Positions 1 through 11,868 of a stretch of DNA of 64,000 nt are shown here, piece after piece. Position 1 is the stretch's first letter. Every line of letters starts with the position of its first letter. The position numbers and the translations under genes were made by a program. This stretch comes from Euryarchaeota archaeon RBG_16_67_27 (GTDB lineage Archaea > Thermoplasmatota > Thermoplasmata > RBG-16-68-12): assembly GCA_001800745.1 (NCBI GenBank), contig MGVZ01000029.1, positions 9,133-73,132 of the forward strand, read 5' to 3'. Under the pieces are notes generated by a model that was not told the DNA's origin, made no database searches, and was given only the letters and a program-made list of their open reading frames with translations.

Positions 1-227
1 TCTCCGACGACGCGCGCCGCCTTCTTGTACGCGCTTCCTGCGCCCATCCCGAGCTCGTTCATCGCGAACAGGATCCGCCGCTGGACGGGCTTGAGGCCGT
101 CCCGGGCGTCGGGCAGCGCGCGCCCGACGATCACGGACATCGCGTAGTCGATGTACGACCGGTGGAGCTCCTGCTCGATCGCCTGGGGGACGACGCGGCG
201 GTGCGGCTCCTGGGTCTCCTCGGGCAT
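1..227 (-). CDS. gyrA: DNA gyrase subunit A, N-terminal fragment (runs off window)
   Basis: Reverse-complement translation from the ATG at 227-225 gives [60 protein letters not shown]. This is the GyrA N-terminal signature ([25 protein letters not shown]) and it lies 7 bp downstream of gyrB in gyrB-gyrA order. Confidence 0.8.
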   Translation of the reverse strand, partial: MPEETQEPHRRVVPQAIEQELHRSYIDYAMSVIVGRALPDARDGLKPVQRRILFAMNELGMGAGSAYKKAARVVG

Positions 228-234
228 CGTCCAC

Positions 235-2145
<1,911 letters not shown>

Positions 2146-2380
2146 CTATTTCGCGACCTTCTCAAGCGCGGATTCCGGGGTCTCTCGCACCCCACCCCGA
2201 GGGATGGTCAGCGTATGCGAAGGTCGCTTATAAACGTTCGGAGGCTGTTATATGGAGAAAAACCGTCCGACGCTTAGGGGCCCGTGCAGGACCTTTTCAT
2301 TTAAATAGGTTCACACGGGCCGTTCTCACGTCTGAGACCGATCGACCCGACCCCTCCGTTTCCCGTCGAGCGACTGGCCG

Positions 2381-3805
2381 TCAGGCGCTCTTCCAGCGCA
2401 CCCCGTCGCGGGTGTCTTCGAGCACGATCCCGAGCTTTGCGAGGCCCTCGCGGATCCCGTCCGCCGTCGCGAAGTCCTTCCGCTTCCGCGCGTCCTCGCG
2501 GAGGCGGACGAGGAGGTCCATCAGGCCCTCCACGACGGCGTCGTCCGCACTCGCGCGGGCGAACAGGCCGAGGACCTCGCCGAACCTCGCGAACGCGGTC
2601 GCGGCCTCGTCGAGCGCGACGCGGCCCGTGCCGACTTCGACCGCCTTGTTGACGCTCCGCGCGTACTCGAAGATTGCCGCGATCGCCTCCCGCGTGTTGA
2701 AGTCGTCCGCCATCGCGGCGTCGAACGCCTCGAGCGCCGTCGCCGTCGCGGCGCGGAGGGCGGCGTCCGCGGATCCCGCGTCGGGCGTCCGGCGGCGCTC
2801 GGCGTCGATCGTCCGGACGGTCTCGCGGAGGCGCGCGTACGAGCGGCCCGCCTCGTCGACGAGCTCGGGGGCGAAGTCAATGGGGGAGCGGTAGTGCGCG
2901 TTCAGGTAGAAGAACCGCAGGACCTCGGGCTCCCAGCGTGCGAGCGCGTCCTTCAGCGCCCAGAAGTTGCCGAGGGACTTGTGCATCTCCTCCCCGCTCA
3001 CCATGAGCATCCCGCCGTGCATCCACACGTTGACGAACGGCTTGACGCCCGTGAACGCCTCCGCCTGCGCGATCTCGGCCTCGTGGTGGGGGAACATGAG
3101 CTCCGTCGCGCCGCCGTGGATGTCGTACCGCGGCCCGAAATGCCGGACCGTGATCGCCGTGTCCTCGATGTGCCACCCGGGCCGGCCCTTGCCCCAGGGG
3201 CTGTCCCACGCCGGCTCGCCGGGCTTCTGCGCCTTCCAGAGCGCGAAGTCCGCGGGGTTGCGCTTGCGCTCATCCACGGCGACGCGCGCCCCCGCGATGT
3301 GCTCCTCGACCTTCTGGCCGCTGAGCTTCCCCCAGTCCGGGTACCGCGTCGTGTCGTAGTACACGCTGCCGTCCTCGGCCGCGTACGCGAACCCTTTCGC
3401 GATGAGCCCCTCGATCTGCTCGAGGATCTCCGGCATGTAGTCCGTCGCGTACGCGTACAGGTTCACGGAGGTGCACGCGAGACGCGTCATCCCGTCGAGG
3501 TACTCGCCGACGAACTCCTTCACGAGGTCCTTCCAGCTCCGGCCGGACTTGTGCATCCGGTCGATGAGGCGGTCCTCGATGTCCGTGACGTTCTGCAGGT
3601 AGAACACGTCGTATCCCTTGCGCCGGAGGTACCGCGCGACGACGTCGAACGCGACGTACGTCTTCGCGTGCCCGATGTGCGTCGCGTCGTACGGCGTGAT
3701 GCCGCAGACGAACATCGAGACGCGGCGGCCGTGGAGGGGAACGAAGTCCTCCTTCCTCCGCGAGAGTGTGTTGTACACCCGGATCGTCATCGGCGCGGGC
3801 CGCAT
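2381..3805 (-). CDS. cysS: cysteine--tRNA ligase (class I aaRS)
   Basis: 474-aa ORF with HIGH motif (PYDATHIGHAKTY), KMSKS-type motif (KSLGNF) and CysRS-like overall architecture. Confidence 0.93.
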   Translation of the reverse strand: MRPAPMTIRVYNTLSRRKEDFVPLHGRRVSMFVCGITPYDATHIGHAKTYVAFDVVARYLRRKGYDVFYLQNVTDIEDRLIDRMHKSGRSWKDLVKEFVGEYLDGMTRLACTSVNLYAYATDYMPEILEQIEGLIAKGFAYAAEDGSVYYDTTRYPDWGKLSGQKVEEHIAGARVAVDERKRNPADFALWKAQKPGEPAWDSPWGKGRPGWHIEDTAITVRHFGPRYDIHGGATELMFPHHEAEIAQAEAFTGVKPFVNVWMHGGMLMVSGEEMHKSLGNFWALKDALARWEPEVLRFFYLNAHYRSPIDFAPELVDEAGRSYARLRETVRTIDAERRRTPDAGSADAALRAATATALEAFDAAMADDFNTREAIAAIFEYARSVNKAVEVGTGRVALDEAATAFARFGEVLGLFARASADDAVVEGLMDLLVRLREDARKRKDFATADGIREGLAKLGIVLEDTRDGVRWKSA

Positions 3806-3894
3806 GAGGGGGGCCGGTATTAAGGTTCATCGGGTTCGCGCACGACGGTCGGGCCCCGAACGCGCGGTCGTTCGCCCCGGAAGCCTTATGGACG

Positions 3895-4644
3895 ATGCCG
3901 TTCCATGGGAGCCTGTCCATGGCGGGCCCCTTCCCCCACCCGCGGACGGTCTCGCGGACCCGCTCATGGGCCCGGGACCTCCATCGGGCTGCGCTTCTCC
4001 TCGGGATCGGCGGCGCGGTCTACTGGTTCTCGTTCGGCCTCGGTCGCCGGAGCCTGTACCTCCCCGGGCTCGGTACGATGTACGTCGACCTCCTCGCCGC
4101 CTGGATCGCGATTCTCCTCCAGGTCGCCGCGTGGCCGTCGTTGTGGGACGGGCTGCGCGGCCTCCGCGCGCGCCATCCGCGAGACGCGAACCCCCGGATT
4201 GCATGGCGCTCGTTCCTCACGGCGGTCCTCCTCGCCCTCGCGCCACTCGCGGTCCTCCCGCTCCAGTACCACGCGTTCAGCTCGGCGGGCGCCTCAGTCC
4301 TCGTGCTCTACGTGACTGTGTTCCCGTTCGTTCCCTGGACGTTCATCCCTCTCCTCGTCCTCCACGCGATCCTGTTCGGTCGAGTCGCGAACTACCTCGA
4401 GCCTCGCGGGAGGCACGTCGCGGACCTCGGTGCCCTCCTCCTCTTCGCCGTCGCGGCCGTGACGAGCGCGGTGATCATCGAGCATCCAGACCCGAACGCG
4501 TTCATGCGATCGTGGTCCGTCGGCCGAGGCCTCCTGCCCGCCGCCGCGTTCGCTGGGTACGCCCTCATCGCGGTCGGACTCACCCTCCACGTGGTCCCGT
4601 CCGGGGCGAGGGCGCGGGCTCGGGCCGCACACGGCGCGCGCTAG
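3895..4644 (+). CDS. hypothetical multi-pass membrane protein
   Basis: 249-aa ORF with about 6 hydrophobic helices. It sits between cysS and the transsulfuration genes. The true start may be the internal ATG at 3919. Confidence 0.55.
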   Translation: MPFHGSLSMAGPFPHPRTVSRTRSWARDLHRAALLLGIGGAVYWFSFGLGRRSLYLPGLGTMYVDLLAAWIAILLQVAAWPSLWDGLRGLRARHPRDANPRIAWRSFLTAVLLALAPLAVLPLQYHAFSSAGASVLVLYVTVFPFVPWTFIPLLVLHAILFGRVANYLEPRGRHVADLGALLLFAVAAVTSAVIIEHPDPNAFMRSWSVGRGLLPAAAFAGYALIAVGLTLHVVPSGARARARAAHGAR

Positions 4645-4645
4645 G

Positions 4646-5770
4646 TCAGGCGAGAATCCTCTCGACGTCCTCCGTCAGGTCGTCGATGTCCTCGAGGCCG
4701 ACGGACATCCGGACCAGGGCCTCCGTGATTCCCTGGCGCGACCGCTGTTCCGGCGGCACGCTCGCGTGGGTCATCGACCACGGGTGCTCAATCAGGCTCT
4801 CGACGCCGCCGAGGCTCTCCGCCAGGAGGACGACCTGGGCGCGTCGCAGGCGCTCGACCGCCCCGCGCGGGTCCTTGAGCTCGAAGCTGAGCATGCCGCC
4901 GAAGCGCCGCATCTGCTTCGCGGCGAGCCGGTGCCCCTCGTCGTCGGGCAGGCCAGGGTAGTGGACCTTCGCGACGGCCGGATGATCGTGGAGGAGCTTC
5001 GCGAGCGCCGCCGCGTTGTCGCACTGCCGTTCGATCCGCACGTCGAGGGTCTTGATCCCGCGAAGGATCAGCCAGGCGTCGAAGGGGCTCGGGACGGCTC
5101 CGATCGCGTTCTGCGCGAACTTGAGCCTATCGAAGAGGTCCGCGCGGTTCAGCACGAGGGCGCCCCCGAGGACGTCCGCGTGGCCGCCGAGGTACTTCGT
5201 CGCGCTGTGCACGACGACGTCGACGCCCCACTTCAGGGGGTTCTGCAGGGCCGGCGAGGCGAACGTGTTGTCGCACACGCTGATCGCCTCGTGCGCTTTC
5301 GCGATCACCGCGAGCTCGCGGAGGTCGAGGACCTTCAGGAGCGGGTTCGTGGGGGACTCGATCCAGACCATGCGGGTGTCGGGTCCCATCACGTCCTCGA
5401 CGTCGACGAGGTCTCGCATGTCGACGAAGGTCGACTCGATCCCGTACGCGCTCAGGATCCGCGTGAAGATCCGGTGCACGCCGCCGTAGCAGTCGTCCGT
5501 GACGACGACGTGGTCCCCTTTCTTGAGGAGGGTGGTGAGGGTCGTGATCGCCCCCATCCCGCTCGAGAACGCGAGGGCGTGCGTCGCGTCCTCCAGGGAC
5601 GCGAGGTTGCGTTCCAGGGCCTCCCGCGTCGGGTTCACCCCGCGGGCGTAGTCGTACGTCTGCTGGTCCTTCTGGGAGTATGTCGAGGTCATGTAGATCG
5701 GCGGGGTTACGGTGCCCGTCGGAGGCATAGGCTCGCTTCCGACGTGGATCGCCTTCGTTGCAAAGCGCAT
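4646..5770 (-). CDS. cystathionine gamma-lyase/gamma-synthase family PLP enzyme (Cys/Met metabolism)
   Basis: 374-aa ORF starting MRFATKAIHVGSEP.. with the MetB/MetC/CGL fold, including the ..SATKYLGGHADV.. PLP-lysine region. Confidence 0.9.
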   Translation of the reverse strand: MRFATKAIHVGSEPMPPTGTVTPPIYMTSTYSQKDQQTYDYARGVNPTREALERNLASLEDATHALAFSSGMGAITTLTTLLKKGDHVVVTDDCYGGVHRIFTRILSAYGIESTFVDMRDLVDVEDVMGPDTRMVWIESPTNPLLKVLDLRELAVIAKAHEAISVCDNTFASPALQNPLKWGVDVVVHSATKYLGGHADVLGGALVLNRADLFDRLKFAQNAIGAVPSPFDAWLILRGIKTLDVRIERQCDNAAALAKLLHDHPAVAKVHYPGLPDDEGHRLAAKQMRRFGGMLSFELKDPRGAVERLRRAQVVLLAESLGGVESLIEHPWSMTHASVPPEQRSRQGITEALVRMSVGLEDIDDLTEDVERILA

Positions 5771-5952
5771 GGGAATCGCCGGCGCGGGAGTCTCGGCGTG
5801 GGGGTAAAAGGTTTGCCCGTTAGCGTGCCGCGTTCTTCTGTCCCAGGTGAGTCAACGCGGCCAAGTGCCTGAACGTTCCCGCGAACCGTCGGATGTTCGA
5901 CCAATCGATTGAGTCTGCGTGGTATGTCCTACCTGGGACAGAAACATGGTCC

Positions 5953-7407
5953 CTACGCCCGTCCCGCGAGGTATTCGATCACGTCGATCCGCGTGATGAT
6001 CCCTTCGAGGCGGTTCTCCTTCCCCACGACGACGGCGGGCGTCCCCCGGAGGAGGGACTTGATCGCGCTCTCCAGGTCCGCGCCGGGCTCGACGAGCGGG
6101 AACGGCTTCTCCATGACCTTTGCGACGTAGTCGTCGTACATCTTCGGATTATCGAGGAGCGCCTTCATCAGGACCTCCTCCCGCAGGGAGCCGACCATGA
6201 TCCCCGTGTCGATCACGGGGAGCTGGGAGACGTTGTAGTGCCGCATGAGGTCCACGGCCTCCCGGACCTTCGCGGCGATGTCCACGGTGATCACGCCGGA
6301 CACCGCGCGCTCCTTCCCGCGGAGGATCGCCATCAGGGGCGCGACGGGCTCCTCGAGGAAGCCCTGCTCCTTGAGCCACTCCTCGTTGTGGGCTTTGGAG
6401 AGGTACCGGGACCCCGTGTCCGGGAGCAGGACGACGAGGACGTCCTCCGGCGACAGGGTATCCGCGATCCGGAGCGCGGCGACCACGGCCGCCCCGCTCG
6501 AGCTCCCCGCGAGGACCCCCTCCTCCCGCGCGAGGCGGCGCGCCATGAGGAACGCCTCCTTGTCGCTCACCTTTACGACCTCGTCCACGAACTCGAACCA
6601 CATCGTCTCCGGGATGAAGTCCTCCCCGATCCCCTCGATCTTGTACGTGTGGGCTTTCGTTATCTCCTTCCGGTAGAAGTAGTCCTTGAGCACGGAACCC
6701 AGGGGGTCCACCCCGATGACCCGGACCTTTGGGTTCCTCTCCTTGAGGAACTTCCCCGCTCCGCTGATCGTCCCGCCCGTCCCCATGCCGCACACGAAGT
6801 GCGTCACCCGCCCGTCCGTGTCCCGCCAGATCTCCGGGCCCGTCGTCTCGTAGTGCGCCTGCGGGTTCGCCTGGTTCGCGTACTGGTTCGGGAGGACGGA
6901 GTTCGGCGTCTCCCTGTGGATGCGTTCCGCGACCTTGTAGTACGACTCCGGATGGTCCGGCGGGACGGCGGTCGGGGTGACGACGACCCGCGCGCCGAAC
7001 GCCTTGAGCAGGTCGATCTTCTCCCGGCTCATCTTGTCAGGCATCGTGAACACGGTGCGGTACCCCCTGATCGCCCCGACCATCGCGAGGCCCATCCCCG
7101 TGTTCCCGCTCGTCGGCTCGATGACCGTGCCGCCGGGCTTCAGGGACCCCGCGCGCTCCGCGGCCTCGATCATCCGCTGCCCGATGCGGTCTTTCACGCT
7201 CCCGCCCGGGTTGAACATCTCCAGCTTCGCGAGGACAAGCCCCTGCGTGTGCGCCATGATTTTCGGGAGCTTCACGAGGGGGGTGTTCCCGATCGTGTCG
7301 AGGATGCTCTCGAAGTACCGCACCGCGGGTCCCCCTCCGTGGCCCCGAAGCATAGGAGGGACGCTATAAGAACGTGCGCGCGGGATCATAGTCGCAGGCG
7401 CGTGCAC
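5953..7407 (-). CDS. cystathionine beta-synthase (PLP domain plus C-terminal tandem CBS pair)
   Basis: The ILDTIGNTPLV and GGSVKDR motifs match the CysK/CBS PLP fold. The C-terminal region has two CBS domains (VSGVITVD.., ..GIITRIDVIEYL). The start is probably an internal Met: MLRG.. at 7353 or MIPR.. at 7389. Confidence 0.88.
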   Translation of the reverse strand: MHAPATMIPRARSYSVPPMLRGHGGGPAVRYFESILDTIGNTPLVKLPKIMAHTQGLVLAKLEMFNPGGSVKDRIGQRMIEAAERAGSLKPGGTVIEPTSGNTGMGLAMVGAIRGYRTVFTMPDKMSREKIDLLKAFGARVVVTPTAVPPDHPESYYKVAERIHRETPNSVLPNQYANQANPQAHYETTGPEIWRDTDGRVTHFVCGMGTGGTISGAGKFLKERNPKVRVIGVDPLGSVLKDYFYRKEITKAHTYKIEGIGEDFIPETMWFEFVDEVVKVSDKEAFLMARRLAREEGVLAGSSSGAAVVAALRIADTLSPEDVLVVLLPDTGSRYLSKAHNEEWLKEQGFLEEPVAPLMAILRGKERAVSGVITVDIAAKVREAVDLMRHYNVSQLPVIDTGIMVGSLREEVLMKALLDNPKMYDDYVAKVMEKPFPLVEPGADLESAIKSLLRGTPAVVVGKENRLEGIITRIDVIEYLAGRA

Positions 7408-7448
7408 GGCGACAACTTCTTCGGCCCGCGTTCCGATGCGCCTTCGCG

Positions 7449-7643
7449 ATGTTCCTCACCCGCGACCAGCGGTTCGTCGTCGTGTTCTACCTTACCTGGG
7501 TCCTCCTCATGCCCCTCGCAGCGCTCGCGGCCGCCGTTTCGACCGGGGCATGGGGCGCGGTGCTCTGGGCGGCGATCCTCGGCTGGACGGGCCTCGTGGT
7601 CCTCGTGTGGCTCCGCGGGAGACGGAGACCGCACGTCCTCTAG
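7449..7643 (+). CDS. small hypothetical membrane protein
   Basis: 64-aa ORF with two hydrophobic helices. No homology evidence is available from sequence alone. Confidence 0.3.
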   Translation: MFLTRDQRFVVVFYLTWVLLMPLAALAAAVSTGAWGAVLWAAILGWTGLVVLVWLRGRRRPHVL

Positions 7644-7664
7644 GAGCACCCGCAGGAGGCGGAA

Positions 7665-7737
7665 TGCCGGGGGAGGGAGTCGAACCCCCTGGAAACCGAT
7701 CTGCAGTCGGTCACATTAGCCGCTCTGTCACCCCGGC
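7665..7737 (-). tRNA. tRNA-Cys (anticodon GCA)
   Basis: The minus-strand 73-nt sequence GCCGGGG-UG-ACAG..-ACCGA CUGCAGA UCGGU-..-GGGGG UUCGACU CCCUC-CCCCGGC-A has a 7-bp acceptor stem, an anticodon loop C-U-GCA-G-A, a T-loop GGUUCGACUCC, no intron and no encoded CCA. Confidence 0.85.
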
Positions 7738-7864
7738 TCCGCGGACCCATCCGGGCCTTGGTAATTGAACCTTTTTCCCGCACGCGCGTGAAGCGGGAAT
7801 TGACGCAACGTGCATCGTACAATCTCAAAGAACCTTTTTATGGCGCGGGCCCGCTTGCGCGCGC

Positions 7865-9163
7865 GTGTCGGCCTCGGGAGCAAAGACGATCACGGACACG
7901 GTCCACGGGACCGTGCGTCTCGAGCCCCTCACCCTCGACCTCCTGGAGACCCTCGAGATCCAGCGGCTGAACTCGATCCGGCAGCTCGGCCTCACATACC
8001 TCGTGTTCCCGGGCGCGAACCACAGCCGCGTCGAGCACTGCCTCGGCGTCGGGCACGTCGCCTCGGAGATGGCCCGCGTCCTTGGCCTCCCGGAGGAAGA
8101 GCGGAAGCTCGTCCAGGCAGCGGGGCTCCTCCACGACGTCGGGCACGGCCCGTTCTCCCACACCCTTGAGCACGTCCTGAGCCGCGAGCTCGCGGTCGAC
8201 CACATGGATCTGACCCAGCGGATCATCACGGGCAAGGACGACAACGTCGTGCCGGACGAGCGGAAGGGGTTCCCGGACGTCCCGCGGATCCACGAGGTCC
8301 TCGCGCGGCACGCCGTCAAGCCGGATGCAGTCGCCGCGCTTATCCGCGGTCCCGCAGACGCGGCTCCGGACCTCTTCGCTTCGCGGCCGCGGGGGGCGGG
8401 GAAGCAGTACCTCGCAGAGATCATCCACAGTCCGATGGACGCGGACCAGATCGACTACCTCATGCGGGACGCGCACTACACCGGCGCCGCGCACGGGATG
8501 ATCGACGTCGCGCGGATCCTGCAGACCCTCCGCGTGCACCGCGGCTCCCTCGCCCTTGACCGGAAGGGCCTCCCGGCCCTCGAGGGGATGCTCGTCGCCC
8601 GCGGCCTCATGTATTCGAGCGTGTACTTCCACAAGACCGTGCGGATCGCGGAGGAGATGGTCGCCCGCGCCGTCGAGCGCTCCGACGCGCCGATCGCCGC
8701 GATCCAGAAGATGGTCGACGCCGAGCTCCTCTCGTGGCTCGCGGACCAGGGCGCCTTCCAGAGAGAGATCGCGCTCCGCGTGAAGTTCCGGAAGCTGTAC
8801 AAGCGCGCGGTCTCGTTCGACTGGGACGGCCTCACGGAGCCCATGCGCGACACGTTTGCCGCGTTCAAAGATGCGGCCCACCGGCGTCGCGTGGAAGACC
8901 GGATCGCGCGGCGCGCGGGGCTCGAGCCCGGCCAGGTCATCGTCGACGTGCCCCTCCCGGAGCTCCTCGTGAGCGAGCCCCGGATCGCGAAGACCGAGGT
9001 CGCGATCCTCGAGGATGGCAAGGCCCGCCCGTTCTCCAAGGTCTCCACGCTCGGCCGCGCCCTCCAGACCCGGCAGGTCGTCGACTGGGTCCTCATGGTC
9101 GCGTGCCCTCCCGAGGCCGTGGCGCGTGTACGGAAGGCGGCCGCGCCGGCGCTCGGTCGCTGA
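7865..9163 (+). CDS. HD-domain dNTP triphosphohydrolase-like protein (dGTPase/SAMHD1 family)
   Basis: 432-aa ORF with a GTG start. It has the HSRVEHCLGVGHV motif and an LLHDVGHGPFSH HD motif typical of dNTPases. Confidence 0.8.
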   Translation: MSASGAKTITDTVHGTVRLEPLTLDLLETLEIQRLNSIRQLGLTYLVFPGANHSRVEHCLGVGHVASEMARVLGLPEEERKLVQAAGLLHDVGHGPFSHTLEHVLSRELAVDHMDLTQRIITGKDDNVVPDERKGFPDVPRIHEVLARHAVKPDAVAALIRGPADAAPDLFASRPRGAGKQYLAEIIHSPMDADQIDYLMRDAHYTGAAHGMIDVARILQTLRVHRGSLALDRKGLPALEGMLVARGLMYSSVYFHKTVRIAEEMVARAVERSDAPIAAIQKMVDAELLSWLADQGAFQREIALRVKFRKLYKRAVSFDWDGLTEPMRDTFAAFKDAAHRRRVEDRIARRAGLEPGQVIVDVPLPELLVSEPRIAKTEVAILEDGKARPFSKVSTLGRALQTRQVVDWVLMVACPPEAVARVRKAAAPALGR

Positions 9164-9220
9164 CGCGCGGGCGCCCCGCCTTTGTCAAATCGGCGGACGT
9201 TCGTCAGACACTTTTAAATA

Positions 9221-9230
9221 GCGTGCGCCG
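9221..9230 (+). promoter_or_regulatory. TATA-like box (cttttaaata) upstream of ftsZ1
   Basis: AT-rich element within the GC-rich intergenic region, about 55 bp upstream of the ftsZ1 ATG. Confidence 0.35.
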
Positions 9231-9284
9231 GATACGAGGCTCCACTTTGCGGGATGGGATGACCGCCGCGATGTTGGTGACGCG

Positions 9285-10379
9285 ATGAACTCGATGCTAG
9301 AGGACGTGCTCGCGAGGGAGGGGAGCGCCCCTGCCTTTGAGGACACTCGGGTCGACTCGGAACTCGAAGAGATGCTCAGCAAGATGCGGACGAACATCAA
9401 GATCGTCGGCATCGGCGGCGGCGGGTGCAACACGATCGCGCGAATCTTCAACGAGGGAATCGTCGGGGCCGACCTCTACGCGGCGAACACGGACGCCCAG
9501 CATCTCCTCCACATCACCTCCCCGAAGAAGGTCCTCCTCGGGCGGCGGATCACGAAAGGCCTCGGCGCCGGGGCGCTGCCCCAGATCGGCGAGGAGGCCG
9601 CGCGGGAGGCCGAGGAGGAGCTCCGCCAGCTCCTCCATGGCTCCGACATCGTCTTCGTCACCTGCGGCCTCGGTGGCGGGACGGGGACGGGCGGGAGCGG
9701 CTACGTCGCGCGCCTGGCGAAGGAGATGGGCGCCCTCACGATCGCCGTCGTCACCCTGCCGTTCCGCGGCGAGGGGAAGCTCCGCATGGAGAGCGCGGAG
9801 TGGGGCCTCGAGCGTCTCCGGGACGCGGCGGACACCGTGATCACGATCCCGAACGACAAGCTCCTCGACCTCGTGCCGCGGATGTCCCTGAACCTCGCGT
9901 TCAAGTTCGCGGACGAGGTCCTCATGCGCTCGATCAAGGGCCTCACCGAGATTATCACGAAGCCCGGCCTCGTGAACCTCGACTTCAACGACGTGAAGAC
10001 GATCATGAAGGGCGGCGGCGTCGCGATGATCGGACTCGGAGAGAGCCAGGCGATGGGCGAGAACCGCGCCGTCGAGGCAATCGAGGAGGCGATCAACTCC
10101 CCGCTCCTCGAGGTCGACGTGTCCTCGGCCCACGGCGTCCTCATCAACGTGACGGGCGGGAACGACATGACGATCTCCGAGGCGGAGCGCGTCGCCGAGG
10201 TCGTCCAGGAGAAGGTCTCCCCGACCGCGCGGATCATCTGGGGCGCGACCGTGGACCCGACCCTCGAGCACACGCTCCGCGTGATGCTCGTTGCGACGGG
10301 CGTCCGCTCGAAGCAGATCGTCGGCCGGCGGGACCCCGCGGAGGAGCGCGCCCGCGTCGGCGTGGACGTCATCCGCTGA
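9285..10379 (+). CDS. ftsZ: cell division GTPase FtsZ (paralog 1)
   Basis: Tubulin/FtsZ signature [10 protein letters not shown]7 loop region, 364 aa. Confidence 0.95.
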   Translation: MNSMLEDVLAREGSAPAFEDTRVDSELEEMLSKMRTNIKIVGIGGGGCNTIARIFNEGIVGADLYAANTDAQHLLHITSPKKVLLGRRITKGLGAGALPQIGEEAAREAEEELRQLLHGSDIVFVTCGLGGGTGTGGSGYVARLAKEMGALTIAVVTLPFRGEGKLRMESAEWGLERLRDAADTVITIPNDKLLDLVPRMSLNLAFKFADEVLMRSIKGLTEIITKPGLVNLDFNDVKTIMKGGGVAMIGLGESQAMGENRAVEAIEEAINSPLLEVDVSSAHGVLINVTGGNDMTISEAERVAEVVQEKVSPTARIIWGATVDPTLEHTLRVMLVATGVRSKQIVGRRDPAEERARVGVDVIR

Positions 10380-10499
10380 GGCCGGGGCGGGGAAACCCGT
10401 GACGCACGCCGTGCGTCCGGAAACCTTTATCTACGCCCCTCCTTTACGTCGCACCCACGGCTGTTCCGACCCCGCAGTTCGGCAGCCGGAGGCCGGACC

Positions 10500-11609
10500 A
10501 TGGATTCCATCGTGAGGGAAGTCGTCACCCGCGCCGGGGACGAGGCCCGCGTGCCGGACGCCCCGACGGCCCGCGTGGGGATCACCACGGAGGATGCCGA
10601 GCTCGAGCGCATCCTCGCAAGCCTCCGGACGAACATCAAGATCATCGGGATCGGCGGCGGCGGCTCGAACACGATCGACCGGCTCGTCGAGGCCGGCATC
10701 GTCGGTGCGGAGCTGTTCGCATGCAACACGGATGCGCAGCACCTCCTCACGATCCGCTCGCCGCACAAGGTGCTCCTCGGCCGGCGCACGACGCGCGGCC
10801 TCGGCGCCGGGGCGCTGCCCCAGGTCGGCGAGGAAGCGGCACGGGAGGCGTCCGACGAGCTCCGCGCGGTCCTCCACGGCGCGGACATGGTCTTCATCAC
10901 CTGCGGCCTCGGCGGCGGCACGGGCACGGGCGGCGGGCCGATCGTCGCTCAGCTCTCGAAGGAGGCCGGCGCGCTGACGATCGCGATCTGCACCTTCCCC
11001 TTCCGCGCGGAGGGAGCGATCCGGGCGGAGAACGCGGAGTACGGGCTCGAGAAGCTCCGGAACTTCGCGGACACCGTGGTCGTGATTCCGAACGACAAGC
11101 TCCTCGAAATCGTCCCGCGCCTCGCCCTGAACCAGGCGTTCAAGGTCGCAGACGACGTCCTCATGCGCGCGATCAAAGGGATCACGGAGGTCATCACGAA
11201 GCCCGGTCTCGTGAACCTCGACTTCAACGACATCAGGACAATCATGAAGGGCGGCGGCGTCGCGATGATCGGGCTCGGAGAGAGCGACAGCGAGAACCGC
11301 GCGGAGGAGGCGATCGAGGCCGCGATCAACTCCCCGCTCATCGACGTCGACGTGTCCGCGGCGACGGGCGCCCTCGTGAACGTCACGGGCGGGAACGACA
11401 TGTCCGTCTCTGAGGCGGAGAAGGTCGCGGAGATCGTCCAAGGCCGAATCAGCCCGAACGCGCGGATCATCTGGGGCGCGGCCGTCGACCCGGGCGTGCA
11501 GCACAAGCTCCGGGTCATGCTGATCCTGACCGGCGTCCGCTCGAAGCAGATCCTCGGCCCCGGGGAGCACCTCCGCGGGCGCGAGGTCGGCGTGGACATC
11601 GTGCGCTGA
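10500..11609 (+). CDS. ftsZ: cell division GTPase FtsZ (paralog 2)
   Basis: 369 aa with GIGGGGSNT. It is the second tandem paralog, as is typical of Euryarchaeota. Confidence 0.95.
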   Translation: MDSIVREVVTRAGDEARVPDAPTARVGITTEDAELERILASLRTNIKIIGIGGGGSNTIDRLVEAGIVGAELFACNTDAQHLLTIRSPHKVLLGRRTTRGLGAGALPQVGEEAAREASDELRAVLHGADMVFITCGLGGGTGTGGGPIVAQLSKEAGALTIAICTFPFRAEGAIRAENAEYGLEKLRNFADTVVVIPNDKLLEIVPRLALNQAFKVADDVLMRAIKGITEVITKPGLVNLDFNDIRTIMKGGGVAMIGLGESDSENRAEEAIEAAINSPLIDVDVSAATGALVNVTGGNDMSVSEAEKVAEIVQGRISPNARIIWGAAVDPGVQHKLRVMLILTGVRSKQILGPGEHLRGREVGVDIVR

Positions 11610-11619
11610 GGTACGCGAC

Positions 11620-11859
11620 ATGGCAGAGATCCTCGACAAGGGCTGGGAGGTCCAACGTCGGATCGAGGAGCGCACGAAGCGTCTCGGGAAGGGCAAGTAC
11701 GGCCGGATCCTGAAGATGGCCCGCAGGCCGACCTCCGACGAGTACTCGAAGGTCGTCCTGATCACGAGTCTCGGGATCGCCGCGATCGGGTTCGTCGGGT
11801 TCCTCATCTACTGGGCGATGCGGTACGGACCGGATTGGTTCCGCGCCCTCTTCTCCTGA
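11620..11859 (+). CDS. secE: preprotein translocase subunit SecE/Sec61-gamma
   Basis: 79 aa with a single C-terminal TM helix, in the conserved position immediately upstream of spt5/nusG. Confidence 0.8.
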   Translation: MAEILDKGWEVQRRIEERTKRLGKGKYGRILKMARRPTSDEYSKVVLITSLGIAAIGFVGFLIYWAMRYGPDWFRALFS

Positions 11860-11868
11860 GGTGCACGC

